Source: Octopus vulgaris (lineage: Eukaryota). From it: DNA of 64,000 nt. Positions 38,616 through 51,139 of the stretch are shown here, piece by piece. The first letter of the stretch is position 1. Every line of letters begins with the position of its first letter. A program made the position numbers and the translations under genes. Location of the stretch: assembly GCA_951406725.2 (NCBI GenBank), contig OX597822.1:85994001-86058000 (forward strand). Reading direction: 5' to 3'. Below the pieces are notes generated by a model. That model searched no databases and was not told the origin of the DNA. It saw only the letters and a program-made list of their open reading frames with translations.

Positions 38616-39121
38616 CTAGCAGTATCGCCCGGCGTTGCTCGGGTTTGTAAGGGAAATAACTATATAAGCATTTTTAGAGAGTTACTTCCCTTATAAATTC
38701 GGGCTTTCTTAGCCATTTTTATTTTGGTGTCTTCAAGCCATGAAGTCGTTGTTCTAAAAGAACGCTGGTTTCCTTCACAACGCATTACGACGTTGATTTC
38801 TTTACACTCCCTTCCCCACAGCTTCATGAGGGAGGGAAGGGGGAGAAGCAAACAGTTGCAGCTGTGAGCGTGGACGCCAACTCCGCCGCCATCGACATAC
38901 GATGCATTTTATGCATTAAAATGGAATAAAAAATGATGTTAAATTATTTTTAAAATCGTAGACTCATCGTTGACGCGCGCTAATAGTCAGATGGGCTCGA
39001 TATGAATCACGACTATAAGATACCCGAATTTGGTTAAACTGCACCGCAAAATGTGGGAGGAGTTAGGAATCTAAATTGAAGGGGACAGACACTCACACAA
39101 CTAGAGTTTTATATATATAGA
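38616..39121 (-). mobile_element. Non-autonomous Helitron (506 bp)
   Basis: Minus strand starts TC and ends CTAG, GC-rich subterminal hairpin cccggcgttgctcggg at 38628-38643, inserted between A and T within (TA)n; CpG-rich, so young. Confidence 0.85.
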
Positions 39122-39135
39122 TATATATATATATA

Positions 39136-40381
39136 CAGAGTGCGTAAGATATTTGAGGACAGATTTAAGTTTATAAAAAACAGATATATAATATATAATA
39201 ACAGATAATAACTTTATTTATCAAGAAATGCTATGAGGATAAAAATAAACCTTTTTTTTCTATAATGTTATTCAATAAAGCCACCTTCAGCTTCAACAAC
39301 TGCTTCTATATGAGATCTAAATCATCTACATGCTCGAATCAAGTGGTCCTGGTTCATTTTGAACATTACCCTTACTATGGTAGCTTTCAAAGAATCTTTG
39401 GTGTTATGGGTGTGATTATTGACCTCTTTCTCAACAATGCTCCACATGTAATAGTCTAATGGATTGTGATCTGTGAAATTAGGTGGTTAAATGTTAGGGG
39501 TTATGTAACCATGAAAATTTTCAGCCATCCATTCTTGTGTTACTAGAGCTGTGTGTGATAGTGCAGAGTCTTACTGAAACACATATGGCCTTCCATTGCA
39601 TACCCAAGACTTCACAATTAGTTTCATGACCTCAATGTAGGCAGCAGAGTTAACTCTAAGGCATTGTGGAAAGAAGTAAGGAGGCATCACATGTCCTTCA
39701 TTGCTGACAACCCCTAAAACCATGACAGTTGCAGGAAATTTTGTATGCATAACACTTGGAACTTCAGAAGAATCTGCACATAACCATCTGTCATTTCTTT
39801 TGTTAAGGTTTTGATCCTGGTCGAAGTCTTTCTCGTCTGAGAAAAAACGAAATCAAATCTTTTTCTGTTGGATTTTTCAGTTTGTTTAAGAGCCTTTTAG
39901 ATCTGATGCTTTTTCAGGCAAATTGATCTTTCCTCATCATATAAGACTTATATCTGATGTCTTCACAGACAACATTTCTGACTGTCCCTTCTGACACATG
40001 ATCTTTTGCAACTGACCTCATGGACATTTTGGGATTGTAACCAATGTTCTGTTGAAGTTGCTGGATAAATTCAGTTGTTTTGATGATTTCAGAGCATTTA
40101 AAATGCTTTTTATGCTTTGATACTGGTGATACATTTTCATCTTCAGTCTCTAACTCCTTACTCACTTTGTAGACAAAAGAACTGGCAACTTTTAAAAATT
40201 GAGCTATTTCTAAATCCCTATGCTCAACCTTTATAACCACAATAACAGCATGCCTCTTCATTTCTTGAGTAAGCTGAGGGTCTTCCATTATTATTTTTGG
40301 AAACAAAGATTATACAGAGTTAGCAAAAAATTCAGTAATGACCCCCAAAAAGTTATGTCCTCAAATACCTTACGCACCCTG
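39136..40381 (-). mobile_element. Decayed Tc1/mariner-superfamily transposon, maT/DD37D-like
   Basis: 26-bp TIRs cagagtgcgtaagatatttgaggaca / tgtcctcaaataccttacgcaccctg, TA flanks; remnants FFSDEKDFDQDQ and PPN.TD.NPLDYYMW. Confidence 0.9.
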
Positions 40382-41765
40382 TATGTGTGTGTGTGTGTGT
40401 GTGTGTGTAGGAGCAGTTATTAAGGCAGATTTTCTAAAGGAGGTGGGAGACATTGTCACAATTTTGACTAAGAATTTATATAAAAAGGGTTAGGTGGTGA
40501 ATCTGATTGTTGGTAACTATGGTGACAACTCCAGATATGATTCAGTCTTATTAAGCCTTAGTAACACAACATAAGCAGCAGTTTTACTCAGTTGAAGTTT
40601 TCAAGTTCTTTTTCTTTCCTCTATTTTGAGATGAATTTTCATTGCTGTTAATATTTTTTTAAATCTTGGTACAGTTTTAATTGTATTTGATTAATAATTC
40701 TTTTTGGCTTACCCCACACTTAACTGTATGTTCTTCATGCAGGATGCACCTTTGGAAAATATCCCAATGCCAACATTTTAAGTTGCCAAATCAGTGAACT
40801 ATTTTTACACTAAATCTGTACTCTTCACATCATTCAGAGGTCTTCTGTGTGTTGACTATACTTCACTGAAATGGCCTAATAAGGCAGAAACATGGTAAGA
40901 GTTACCACTCTAGCTACCAAACATCACTCCATTCTTGGGCATATCTCCATTTAATTTTAGGCAAATGAAGTGTTGGAGTTCTCTCCCTTGCTCTTTTTGA
41001 GATAAATTTTCATTGATACTAACATTTCTAGACAGGTATAACAGTATAATTTCAATTAATTCAAAATTTATTTTTAGTTCACTACATTATATTTGCCTCC
41101 ACTTATGTAAATCAGTGCCTAGGCCTATTAACTAAAGTGTTGGACTCACAATCTTAAGGTCACTGTTTCAATTCCCAGAACAAGCAGCACATTGAGCTGT
41201 TGAGCAAAACACTTCACTTCATGGGGATCATGTTGACTCAGCTGTAAATGAGTTCTATCAACAATGGGGGGGGGACTTAACCCTTTGATGGATTGGATTA
41301 GGGACCTTTTGCTTACTGCATCTGGAATATCATTGCTGGACAACCGACTGACAACATATGGTACCAAGGACATACTGTAAGTTGCTGTTATGGGTGTGTG
41401 CTGGGGTATATGCAAGAACCAATGGATCCTGGTCTCTTCTGGGGCTACAAAAGGGCCATTATTTAGACTCAAGTTTGTATCTTTGATGTTTCTAGTTAAA
41501 CTTATCTGTTGTTTTTGTTTGGTGTGTTTGTATTTTCTTGAGTTTTTTTTTGTTGCTCTTAGCCTTGCGTACCCTGTGTATATGTGTGTACACACACACA
41601 CACACATGCATTCACACACACACCTACTGTTGCATATGGCTTATGTTCTAGTGATTCTGCTGGTATTACGGTTACATCAAGGTATTTTCTTTGCATTAAA
41701 TTGGCATCAGAACCTGTACATCTCATGATTTCTTCTATTGCTAACAATGTCTTTAATAATTCCAG

Positions 41766-41861
41766 GGTAACCTTGGTACTTTTTATATCACAAATATCCG
41801 GGTAGTTTGGAATGCCACAATGAATGAAGCATTTAACGTCAGTATTCCATATTTACAAATA
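41766..41861 (+). CDS. BBS5: BBS5 exon 8 ([32 protein letters not shown])
   Basis: GNLGTF and [10 protein letters not shown] motifs; ttccag acceptor, gtaagt donor; 96 nt. Confidence 0.98.
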
Positions 41862-43658
41862 GTAAGTATCAGTCAATCATATTTTTTAATTCATCTGCTT
41901 GTTTCAGTCATTTGACAGCTACATTGGAGAGTTGTCTGTAACCCATTCCTAACAATAAATTCTGTTTACTTTCTCCATTTTTATTTCATTACCATCTTCC
42001 CATCCAAAGATTGTTTTTTTTTTTTCTTAAATGTCTGACAGAGGATGAAGATCAGTTCCCATGAACATTTTTAGGGTTTCTGTGTCTGCTGGATGGAATG
42101 AAAGTCTGGAGGCCTGGCTTCAATGCTTGTAACAGCTAAAGGCACCCAAGTGCCAGTGAGTGGTGTTTAAATAGGGCCACACATTTAATCTGCCCTAACC
42201 CTTGAACAGGAATGCTCTTCTTAGTGGACTTCCAAACTGTTTCTTCCTGCTGAATTTCACTTACAAGGTTTTGGTTGACCTGAATTTGCGATAGCAGACA
42301 CTTGATCTTGGTACTCCTGCCATAGAAACAAACATAAAATCATGTAATTGTGAAACGAACTTCCTAAGTGCACAGCCATACCTTGTAATAATCCTTTCTG
42401 CTATAGGCACAAGGTCTGAAATTTTGGGAGAGGGGTAAGTTGATTATATCGACCCAAAAAAGATGAAATGCAAAGTCTACCTCGGCAGGATTTGAACTCA
42501 GAACATGAAGATGGATGAAATGCTGCCAAGCATTTTGCCTAGTGTGCTAATGGTTCTGCCAGCTAATTGCCTAATTACATTCCTTGTAATTATACAATTT
42601 CCATCTGTGCTTCCCTGACTTACTGTTAATCCACATTGGGTAAATGCAGTTTTCTCTATAGAGAATATGCCACATGTGAGATGTGTCAGCTGTAGCAACC
42701 ATTCATCATAAGATTGTAAAAGAAGGTTAACTATAAAAATAACAAAAAAAAGAAGACATTGCATATGTGAGGTGTCAACCATTTTAACCAACTACCATGT
42801 TATCAATTCCAAGTTTTGTTATCATCTTTTAGATATATATTTGCTTCAATTGTTTTAAACTACATCCTACAGCTGTTGCTATTACTTAATGTATAGTTTA
42901 TAAATTACCAACAATTTTCTTGATGGTGGGTACAATTTTTATCAACAGATCTGTACTGTTGAGTTGTTAAGTTACTAAACCAAACAGTAAAGTCATTAAA
43001 AAAAACATCCAAAGTAGATCACAGAAAACGAAAATCATCATCATCATCGTTTTACATCCACTTTCCATGCTGGCATGGGTTGGAAGGTTTGACTGAGGAC
43101 TGTCAAGCCAGAAGGCTGCACCAGGCTCCAATCTGATCTGGCAAGGTTTCTACAACTGGATACCCTTCCTAATGCCAACCACTCCAAGAATGTAGTGGAT
43201 GCTTTTTATGTGCCACCAACACGAGGACCAGTCAGGCGGCACTGGCATTGACCACACTCAAATGGTGCTTTTTACATGCTACTGGTTTGGATGCCAGTCA
43301 GGTAGTACTGGCATCAGCCACGACAATGATTCCACGTGACTCAACAGGTTTTCTCAAGCACAGTTTATTGTCCAATGATGGAAGGGTATTCTTAAATGGG
43401 CCAGTTATGTGACACTGGCATAGGCCATGGTTACAGTCTCACTTGGCTTGCTGGGTCTTCTCAAGCACAGCATGTCTCCAAAGGTCTCAGTCACTTGTCA
43501 TTGCCTCCATGAGACCCAACATTCGATGGTTGTACTTCACTATCTCATCCCAAGTCTTCCTCGATCTACCTCTTCCACAGAATGTAAGAATTTAATATTT
43601 GTTTCTTTTTAATTAAATAAAATGTTTTACATAAATTTTGTAATATTTTCATTTCCAG

Positions 43659-43721
43659 AAGTCTGTGAAAATGCGTGACTCTAAATTCGGAGTAGCCTTA
43701 GTCATTGAAAGTTCAGTTCAG
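43659..43721 (+). CDS. BBS5: BBS5 exon 9 (KSVKMRDSKFGVALVIESSVQ)
   Basis: RDSKFGxALVIES motif; atttccag acceptor, gtaaaa donor; 63 nt. Confidence 0.98.
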
Positions 43722-43773
43722 GTAAAATTTGTTTTATCATATTTTCAGGAGCTGAATAAGTCTGCAATATAGT

Positions 43774-43898
<125 letters not shown>

Positions 43899-45126
43899 TT
43901 TCTCCCCCCCCTTGTATCTAGAGTCTATATGTGAGGTCTAACATTATTTAGTGTGACCTAATGACTTTGTCCTAAATCTTCTTGTCTTTTTCTATCTTCA
44001 GTGGTTTCCATTGTCAACACTGCCACTTTTCACCCAGCATGCATCATTCATTTGTATCACATGGTCTTCTAATATAATCATCTCTCTCACATGCATTGGT
44101 CTCTGCCTTCATAGCCCTGATGTTTTCTCAATTTAAACAGTTTTAATTAGTTTTTCTTGTAATTTAACATTTTTATTTCTAACATTTCAACCCCCAATAT
44201 TCCACATTCACCATTTGAATTCCAACAGACCACCTTATAATTAATGGAGTTTATCTGTTCATGTTATATTCCTTATGTTAACTTTACCATTGTCTATAAA
44301 CCTCACTATTAGTAATAACTAATGAGAGTTATTCATAAATAGGAGACAAGTGATATTGAGGTCAATCACATTAGATATAAACCAAAAAGCTTAGTTTTCA
44401 AGATCCAAAAAGTCTTGAGTGTCTTGTTACAAATAGCATTGTTCATGCACACATTTTGGGGGTTGTCAGTGTCAAGTTGACCTAATCCTGTTGCCCTTCC
44501 TGTTCTTCTTGCTTTGATCCAATTTAACAGCAATGTCCACCTACTTCATATGTCCTCTATCCATGGTCTTGTATATAAAATGCTCCATATGACCAGTTGG
44601 CGCCCATCTGGAAACCAAGCAAATTCTTTAGCCGTGTCTTCACCCAGAGTTGACTTACAACTAATGCAGTATAATCATTCAGATGTGACTGATGACTAAT
44701 GCATTATAGTCGTTCTTCATCATCAACACCTATATTCATTATCAAATTGACCAAATGCGTCTCTCAACTTCAACACAAGTTCTTTGTCTCAGAATTCTAC
44801 AGCTCAGATCCATTTAATCTTAGAGGAATGCCATCAGCTGTGGATATGATAATGAAAGAAACCATGATTTATCTTTTCTATCTCCAACCCCCTCTCTCTC
44901 TCCCTCCCTCACACCTCCCTCCCTCTCCCCCCTCTCTCAAGCTCTAAAAACTTCCATTAAATTCTGTACTACCCACATCGTCATTATCTGTTGAGCATTT
45001 TTTGTGTTCACTAGATGACTCAAAAAGGTAGATAACTCATTAAGGACATAGACACTTTTTAGTTTTATTCATCCACTTGAAAAAGGTTACTTCACCAAAA
45101 TGGTGAATTAACTACATAGAGTTTAA

Positions 45127-45329
45127 CCCTTTAGTGTTTAAACCGGCCATATCCGGCCCAAATATTCTACTTGTTTTATATTCAAACTCACACCTAACCT
45201 ACATTGACATTCTAAAAATAAACAATCACATTATTGAAACCCCAAAGCTATAAGATAATGCATGATTAATTCAAAACAATTTGAGTGAAAAAGTATTACA
45301 TTTAACAGAGTAATCTGAATACTAAAGGG
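45127..45329. mobile_element. piggyBac-type MITE (203 bp)
   Basis: TTAA on both sides; termini CCCTTTAGT...ACTAAAGGG. Confidence 0.85.
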
Positions 45330-46039
45330 TTAAATGTAAATGCTATTCGACATGAAAAATACCAATTTAAGAGAGAAAAGATCAACAATCTGCTGATGGG
45401 ATTCCAACAATAGATGTATCATAAATTCATAAATTCAGGTGAAGCACATAATGAAGAACTGTTCCAACACTTGGCACAGTGCTGCTGTTATACACACATG
45501 CACACACACACACACACATGTCTGACTGTATTCAAAAATAAAGGCCACCCAGCTGATGAAGTCAGTTACCAACATACATCTCACATCACATCTATAGATA
45601 TACAATCTTTTTTACCTGCTTTATTACTATTAATACACTGGCCTCTTCTGTTCCTGGTCTCACACACCTATTTCACTTGTCTCTCATCTTGTCATCACTC
45701 ACATTGTGTCCCCTTCCCCACAGGCCAGCCACTAAACTTTCAGTCTCTTCTCAAAACATCAATCTTCTTGTACTCCCTCTCTCAAATGAACATGTTTTTC
45801 CATCACCTGTTTAATTCAGAATTGTTCAAAAGGAACAACAAGCCATGCCACTCTCACCTGTCCCAGAGAACATGCAAACATATTGAGCAAAGAAGCGTCA
45901 TCCAGACCAACCCAATAAAAAAATTGATTATATTACCTTCTTGGAGAAACATAAATGGTGCCTACACTGTAATTACCAGCCCTGGTCAAACCTTCCAACC
46001 CATGCCAGCATGGACAACAGATGTTGAATAATGATGATA

Positions 46040-46523
46040 CAGTAACCACTAGCCATATCGTGGTTCATCTATCGTGCCCTCCATCACGGATTTTTCTGGT
46101 TAATATATGTAAATTTATATCACAGACTCATCAGTATATCTGGGTTTCTACGGCTGATAGGTATTTAGATTTTCTAGATTTTAATTATTTCTGTGGTAAA
46201 ATAAGCATTTTCATGCCTAAAAATTAATAAATTAATAAATAAAAATACAGCACAATACTACACTGTATAACACATTAATTAAAATATATTTTTTAAAAAT
46301 ACGTAGTGTACCGTAGATGAGTAAACAAAGAATTGCAGATACTGGAGGGAAAACGAAACTTGGGAGGCAAGTGTGTGGTGTTGTTTTCCATTTATAATAA
46401 AATAGATATATGCAAATTATAAAAATAATTAAAAAAATATACAGTACTGTTTCTACTTCACGGATTTTCACCTATCACAGGGGGTTTTGGAATGTAATAC
46501 CCACAATAGTCAAGGAATTATTG
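46040..46523. mobile_element. Tigger/pogo-like MITE, decayed
   Basis: Eroded TIRs cagtaaccactagccatatcgtgg / ccacaatagtcaaggaattattg after TA. Confidence 0.55.
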
Positions 46524-46833
46524 TGTCTGTCTATGTTTGTCCCCGCCCACCCCCACAACCTGGCAACTGGTGTTGGCATGTTTACATCCCTGCAACTTAG
46601 CAGTTCAACAAATAGAACAAGTACCAGGCTTACAAAAAAAAACGTCCTGGGATCAATTCATTCAACTAAAACTTCTTCAAGGCAGTGCCCCAGCATGGCC
46701 ACAGTCTAATAACTGAAGCAAGTAAAAGATAAAAGATAAAAAAACTGAATATGTCACCAATGGACCTCGAATGTTTTACTCCAACCATTCACCTTATCAA
46801 CCTCAACGGTTTGTCTTGTTGATCTTTTTACAG

Positions 46834-46968
46834 AGTGGCAGCTACATTCTTGGATTTCGGATTGACCCCAAAGAGAAACTGGAAGATGTATGCAAAGAGA
46901 TATTAAGTCTGTTGCAAGTCTATCGTGCTGATCCTGAGTTTGGTGTGCAGTATGAGGTGAAAGAGAAG
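46834..46968 (+). CDS. BBS5: BBS5 exon 10 ([45 protein letters not shown])
   Basis: YxLGFxIDP and PxFGV motifs; tttttacag acceptor, gtatga donor; 135 nt. Confidence 0.98.
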
Positions 46969-48611
46969 GTATGACACAGTCTCACTAATTTATTCAGATT
47001 CTTCTAATATGATTCCATCCTTCTCAATTCTTTTGAACTTTAAACTTACCAACCACATTTATTATTGTATATCAAAACTGGTGAACAATAACTTCACTGG
47101 CAACAATAATCTTTTGTTCACTGTATTTTTGATGACCACAGTTTTAACTCAACGAAAGGGATTTTGGAAAGCACTATTTTCTTTCTTTTTTTCTTGCCAA
47201 AGTTACACTCTTCACCAATATATTGATGACAGATACACACACACACACGCGCACACATGTGCACACACACACACACACACACGCATGTGCACACACACAT
47301 ACATAAATACATCAAGTTTGGCTGTGTGGTTGAGAAGTTTTTATTTACTGTGACATTAACAAGATAGTGTGGAAGCTGGAGGTTGTCAAATCAGAAATAG
47401 AGATTAAGTAAGTGACAGGCGGAGGAATAAAATGAAAGTGAGTGGAAAGACGAGGTGTTAATTTTGCTGTCCAAAGTGACAAAAAGGGAAATAGTGAGTA
47501 AGAGTGCGTAGGTTAAAATGAAAGTGTGTTGCAGGAGGAATTATTACTATAGTGTGAATGGCAGGTGTCATATGACCAAATAAAAAGTGTAAACAACTTT
47601 ACCAACAGAGAAAAAGATACAGATCTTCTTTTAGTGGTAAACAGAAGAAAATTTTCCATAACAGCCGCATTTGCTATGGCTGTCATCAAGTCACAAGAAC
47701 AGTTAGTGAATCAAGTTGACATTTGCTTGATTAGTTTAAAAAAATCAAAGCAATCTTAAAATGCTGATAAAGGATTATAGAAAAACTAGGAAATCTTTAT
47801 GGAACTTGGAATTTTACTACAAATATTGAGCAAAAAGAACTTTTGGAATAATGATAATTACATGAAAATCGTTGAGTGTTTTGTAAATATTTTGATATTT
47901 TTGTGAACATTGTATCATTTTTAAATTACTTTTATAATTATTTTCAAGCTTTCAGTCAGTGGCATAGCAATGACTCTCAGTTCCTGAGCACAAAAACATT
48001 TTTAACATATCCATCATCAGCATCATCATCAACATCATCATCATTCAATGTCTGTTTTCCATGCTGGCATTGGTTGGACAGTTCAACAAGAGCTGGTGAT
48101 CCAAAGAACTATGCTAAGCTTTGCTGTCTGCTTTGGTATCATTTCTACTGCTGAATGCCCTTCCTACTGCAAACCACTATGCAGAACAAACCAGGTACTT
48201 TTTATGTGGTCCTGGCTCCAGTAAGGTCACCAAGTAACTCACAAGACAAGACCCCCTCAATTGAGGGGGCGTATTATTGAGGGAGATAGCTTTATGCTCG
48301 GTGATGAGAGACTAAAGTAGGGAAGTCCAGAGGAAATTTAGTGCGATTTCTCTTCAGCATCTGGGAGTGACTGCCTCCTTCTTGCTAGGCCTCTGTACTT
48401 AATGAACTAATAAAATAAAGGTTACAAGTAAAACAGCTGTCACTTTGTTGTAGAAGAACCTCCATGTGTGTATATAGTATTGTGGCCTATCATTTTTGGT
48501 AATTGGCATTCACTGTCACATTTAGGATTATAGTTTTACCATTAAATATTCACTCAAAATACATTTTCATGCATTTTGTTTGTTTTTTTATTATTTCCTT
48601 CTGTTCGGAAG

Positions 48612-48695
48612 ACTTCAAATGATCCACCACAGGTTCTCCAAGATGTTGTGGATGATGTTGAAATTGAGGAAGATGGCACTAGCGATGCTTTTGCA
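48612..48695 (+). CDS. BBS5: BBS5 exon 11 (TSNDPPQVLQDVVDDVEIEEDGTSDAFA)
   Basis: DDVEI...DAF motif; gtaagt donor; first AG after the pyrimidine tract gives 84 nt; an in-frame start at 48633 is also possible. Confidence 0.9.
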
Positions 48696-48749
48696 GTAAG
48701 TATCACTTGTTAAAAATATCCTTCAATGTCCAATTATAGTACAGTCCTA

Positions 48750-48791
<42 letters not shown>

Positions 48792-50099
48792 TTAATGTCC
48801 GTTTTCCATGCTGGCATGGGTTGGACGGTTTGACTGGGCACTGGCGAGCCAGTAGGCTCCAATCTAATCTGGCAAAGTTTCTACAGCTGGATGCCCTTCC
48901 TAACACCAACCACTCCGAGAGTGTAGTGAGTGCTTTTTACATGCCACCGGTATGAGGGTCAGTCAGGCGGAACTGGCAATGACCACACTTGAATGGTGCT
49001 TTTTACATGCCACCAGCACAGGGAGTCAGTCAGACGGCATTGGCATTGGCCACAACTACAATTTCCATTTTGATTTCAATCCTACCTCAAATTAAAACCA
49101 AATATCACACAATCTTATAATTCACTCATTTATTTCTATTTTCCTTAAGATTTCTACATCATGAAGACTTTGTTGTTTTTTTTATTCTTTTACTTGCTTC
49201 ATTTATTAAACTGTGGCCATGCTGGGGCACAGCCTTAGTTTTTTGGGGGTTTTTTTTCATTTTTTATATATCATACATTTTATGAAAAATAGCATCATTG
49301 TTTATGTATTTCCAACAGAACAAGCAATTGTTCATTGCATTTCTGAAAGGGAGAGTGACAAGGGAGTATCTGAGTAACTCAGACAAAATAAATACTGCTC
49401 TCAGCTCTCTTCTGTCAATTCACTAACATAGGGTTAATTTGCCAAAGCCCACTCCACCAAGTACCACTCTATCAAGGCCCACTCCACCAAGTGACTCTAG
49501 CATACTTACTGAATAGGTTTATTTCTGTCCTGCCAGGCTGCTTTACATTTCTGTTGCCACAGAATTGATTTGATTACCATTCTCAATTATGCTACTCATT
49601 GAAGCCAGGAGTCCCTCTGTAGACACTCCACCTGCTCTGTTTATTGGAAAAGACAATGAAAAATGGTGATGGTCTTCTCTCAATTCCATTTACATCAAAG
49701 ATGCATTATAGGAATTTTATATCTTTGAATGGTCTTTGAACAGTTCTTTATTTTATTGGCCTTGATAGAATCCAAAACAGAATTGATCTCAGATGGAATA
49801 TGAACTTTTATATACACAGAAGCTGAAAATAGAAGCCATCAGCCTTTTGTCCAATGCTCTGATTCTACCAGTCCATCACCTCTTGATGGTAGCGATGGTT
49901 GTGGCGTTGGTGGCGGCAGCGGTGGTGGTGGTGGTGGCAGAGGCGGCAGTGATGGCAACAGAAGAATCAGTGTTGTATTATATTTTGTTTGAATTGATGA
50001 GAAAGTTAATTATTCTTTTAATAATTATTATTACAGCAAAAAGTTTCCAACAAAAAGTAATTGATTAATACTAATCTTTATGCTTCTTTTAATTTGAAG

Positions 50100-50225
50100 G
50101 CCTACTTTGCTGATTGCTGCAAGATCCGGGACCATGAGCCAGTGTTCTCTGACTATTTATCCTTAGCCATTGAGAAATTACCAGAAAATGTCTCTCTTAA
50201 AAGTCTGTGGAATGTTTTAGCATGA
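50100..50225 (+). CDS. BBS5: BBS5 last coding exon (AYFADCCKIRDHEPVFSDYLSLAIEKLPENVSLKSLWNVLA*)
   Basis: AYFAD, EPVFS, LAIEKL and LW motifs; tttgaag acceptor; TGA at 50223-50225. Confidence 0.97.
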   Translation, partial: AYFADCCKIRDHEPVFSDYLSLAIEKLPENVSLKSLWNVLA

Positions 50226-50279
50226 CTTTCTTTTAGTTTTCTATAAAATCCTTGTAGATACAAATATTCATGTGCTATA

Positions 50280-51088
50280 ATGTATGTTTCTCTCTCACTT
50301 TGTGTGTGTGTGTGTATGTTATTGGTGATAATGAATGGTAGAAAGAGCACTCAATCCATGGTCGGGAATACAGTTAAATTCATTCAGCCAAAGTCATTTG
50401 CACCATTACTTTTCTGATTCTACATTTTTCTCCATTTTTTTGATACTTGTTTATGATATATTTATACTTATAATGAAACTCCTCAAATATTATTTTCATA
50501 TTCTTAATACTTGTTCTGGCTGATTTTTATGAATATGATGAATCTTTATTAGAAATAATTTTTTTCACTCTTTCTGGATCCCCAAAAAACTTTGAACTCA
50601 TTTTCACACACACACACACACACATATATAGTAGTTGATATCACAGAGTCGTTGCCTCTTCTGTATTTGGTATTTTGTTAATGTGATGAATCTTGATCAA
50701 ATGTGAGTACGCTGTTTTGTGAGTTCCTTATTTATAAAGATTCTTTGACTGGGATGTCAATGTTGTGATGTTCAAGCATTTCGTGTTGTCTTTGCAGTCT
50801 CCAGCATATTGCATTCAGTTCCTTGTGGTCCTGTTCCAACTTTCTCCAACTGAAATTCCACTAAATTCAAATTCTTTCTAACAAAGACTTTTACTGGGAC
50901 ATTTAATATTGTATACTCTAAACATTTGATTATCTGCAATATCAATGACAAATTCATTGACAGTAATGGTGCAAATGACTTTGGCTGAATATATTTAGCT
51001 GTGCTCTCCACCATGGATTGAGTGCTCTTTCTTCCATTCATTATTTCCAATAACACACACACACACAAAATGAGAGAGAAACATACAT
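50280..51088. repeat. Inverted repeat downstream of the BBS5 stop: arms 50280-50410 and 50962-51088
   Basis: About 130-nt arms are imperfect reverse complements, about 550-nt spacer, ends at a (TA)n tract. Confidence 0.9.
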
Positions 51089-51096
51089 AATGTATG

Positions 51097-51139
<43 letters not shown>

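Noticed and set aside
45414-46031. Longest ORF in the track (205 aa)
   Set aside because: Runs through (CA)n and retroposon fragments inside BBS5 intron 9; no domain recognised.
50950-50992. Possible hammerhead at the start of the 3' UTR second arm (ATTCA...TGAAT stem)
   Set aside because: Core boxes too degenerate (TTGACAG, no GAAA, GGC triplet) to support a call.
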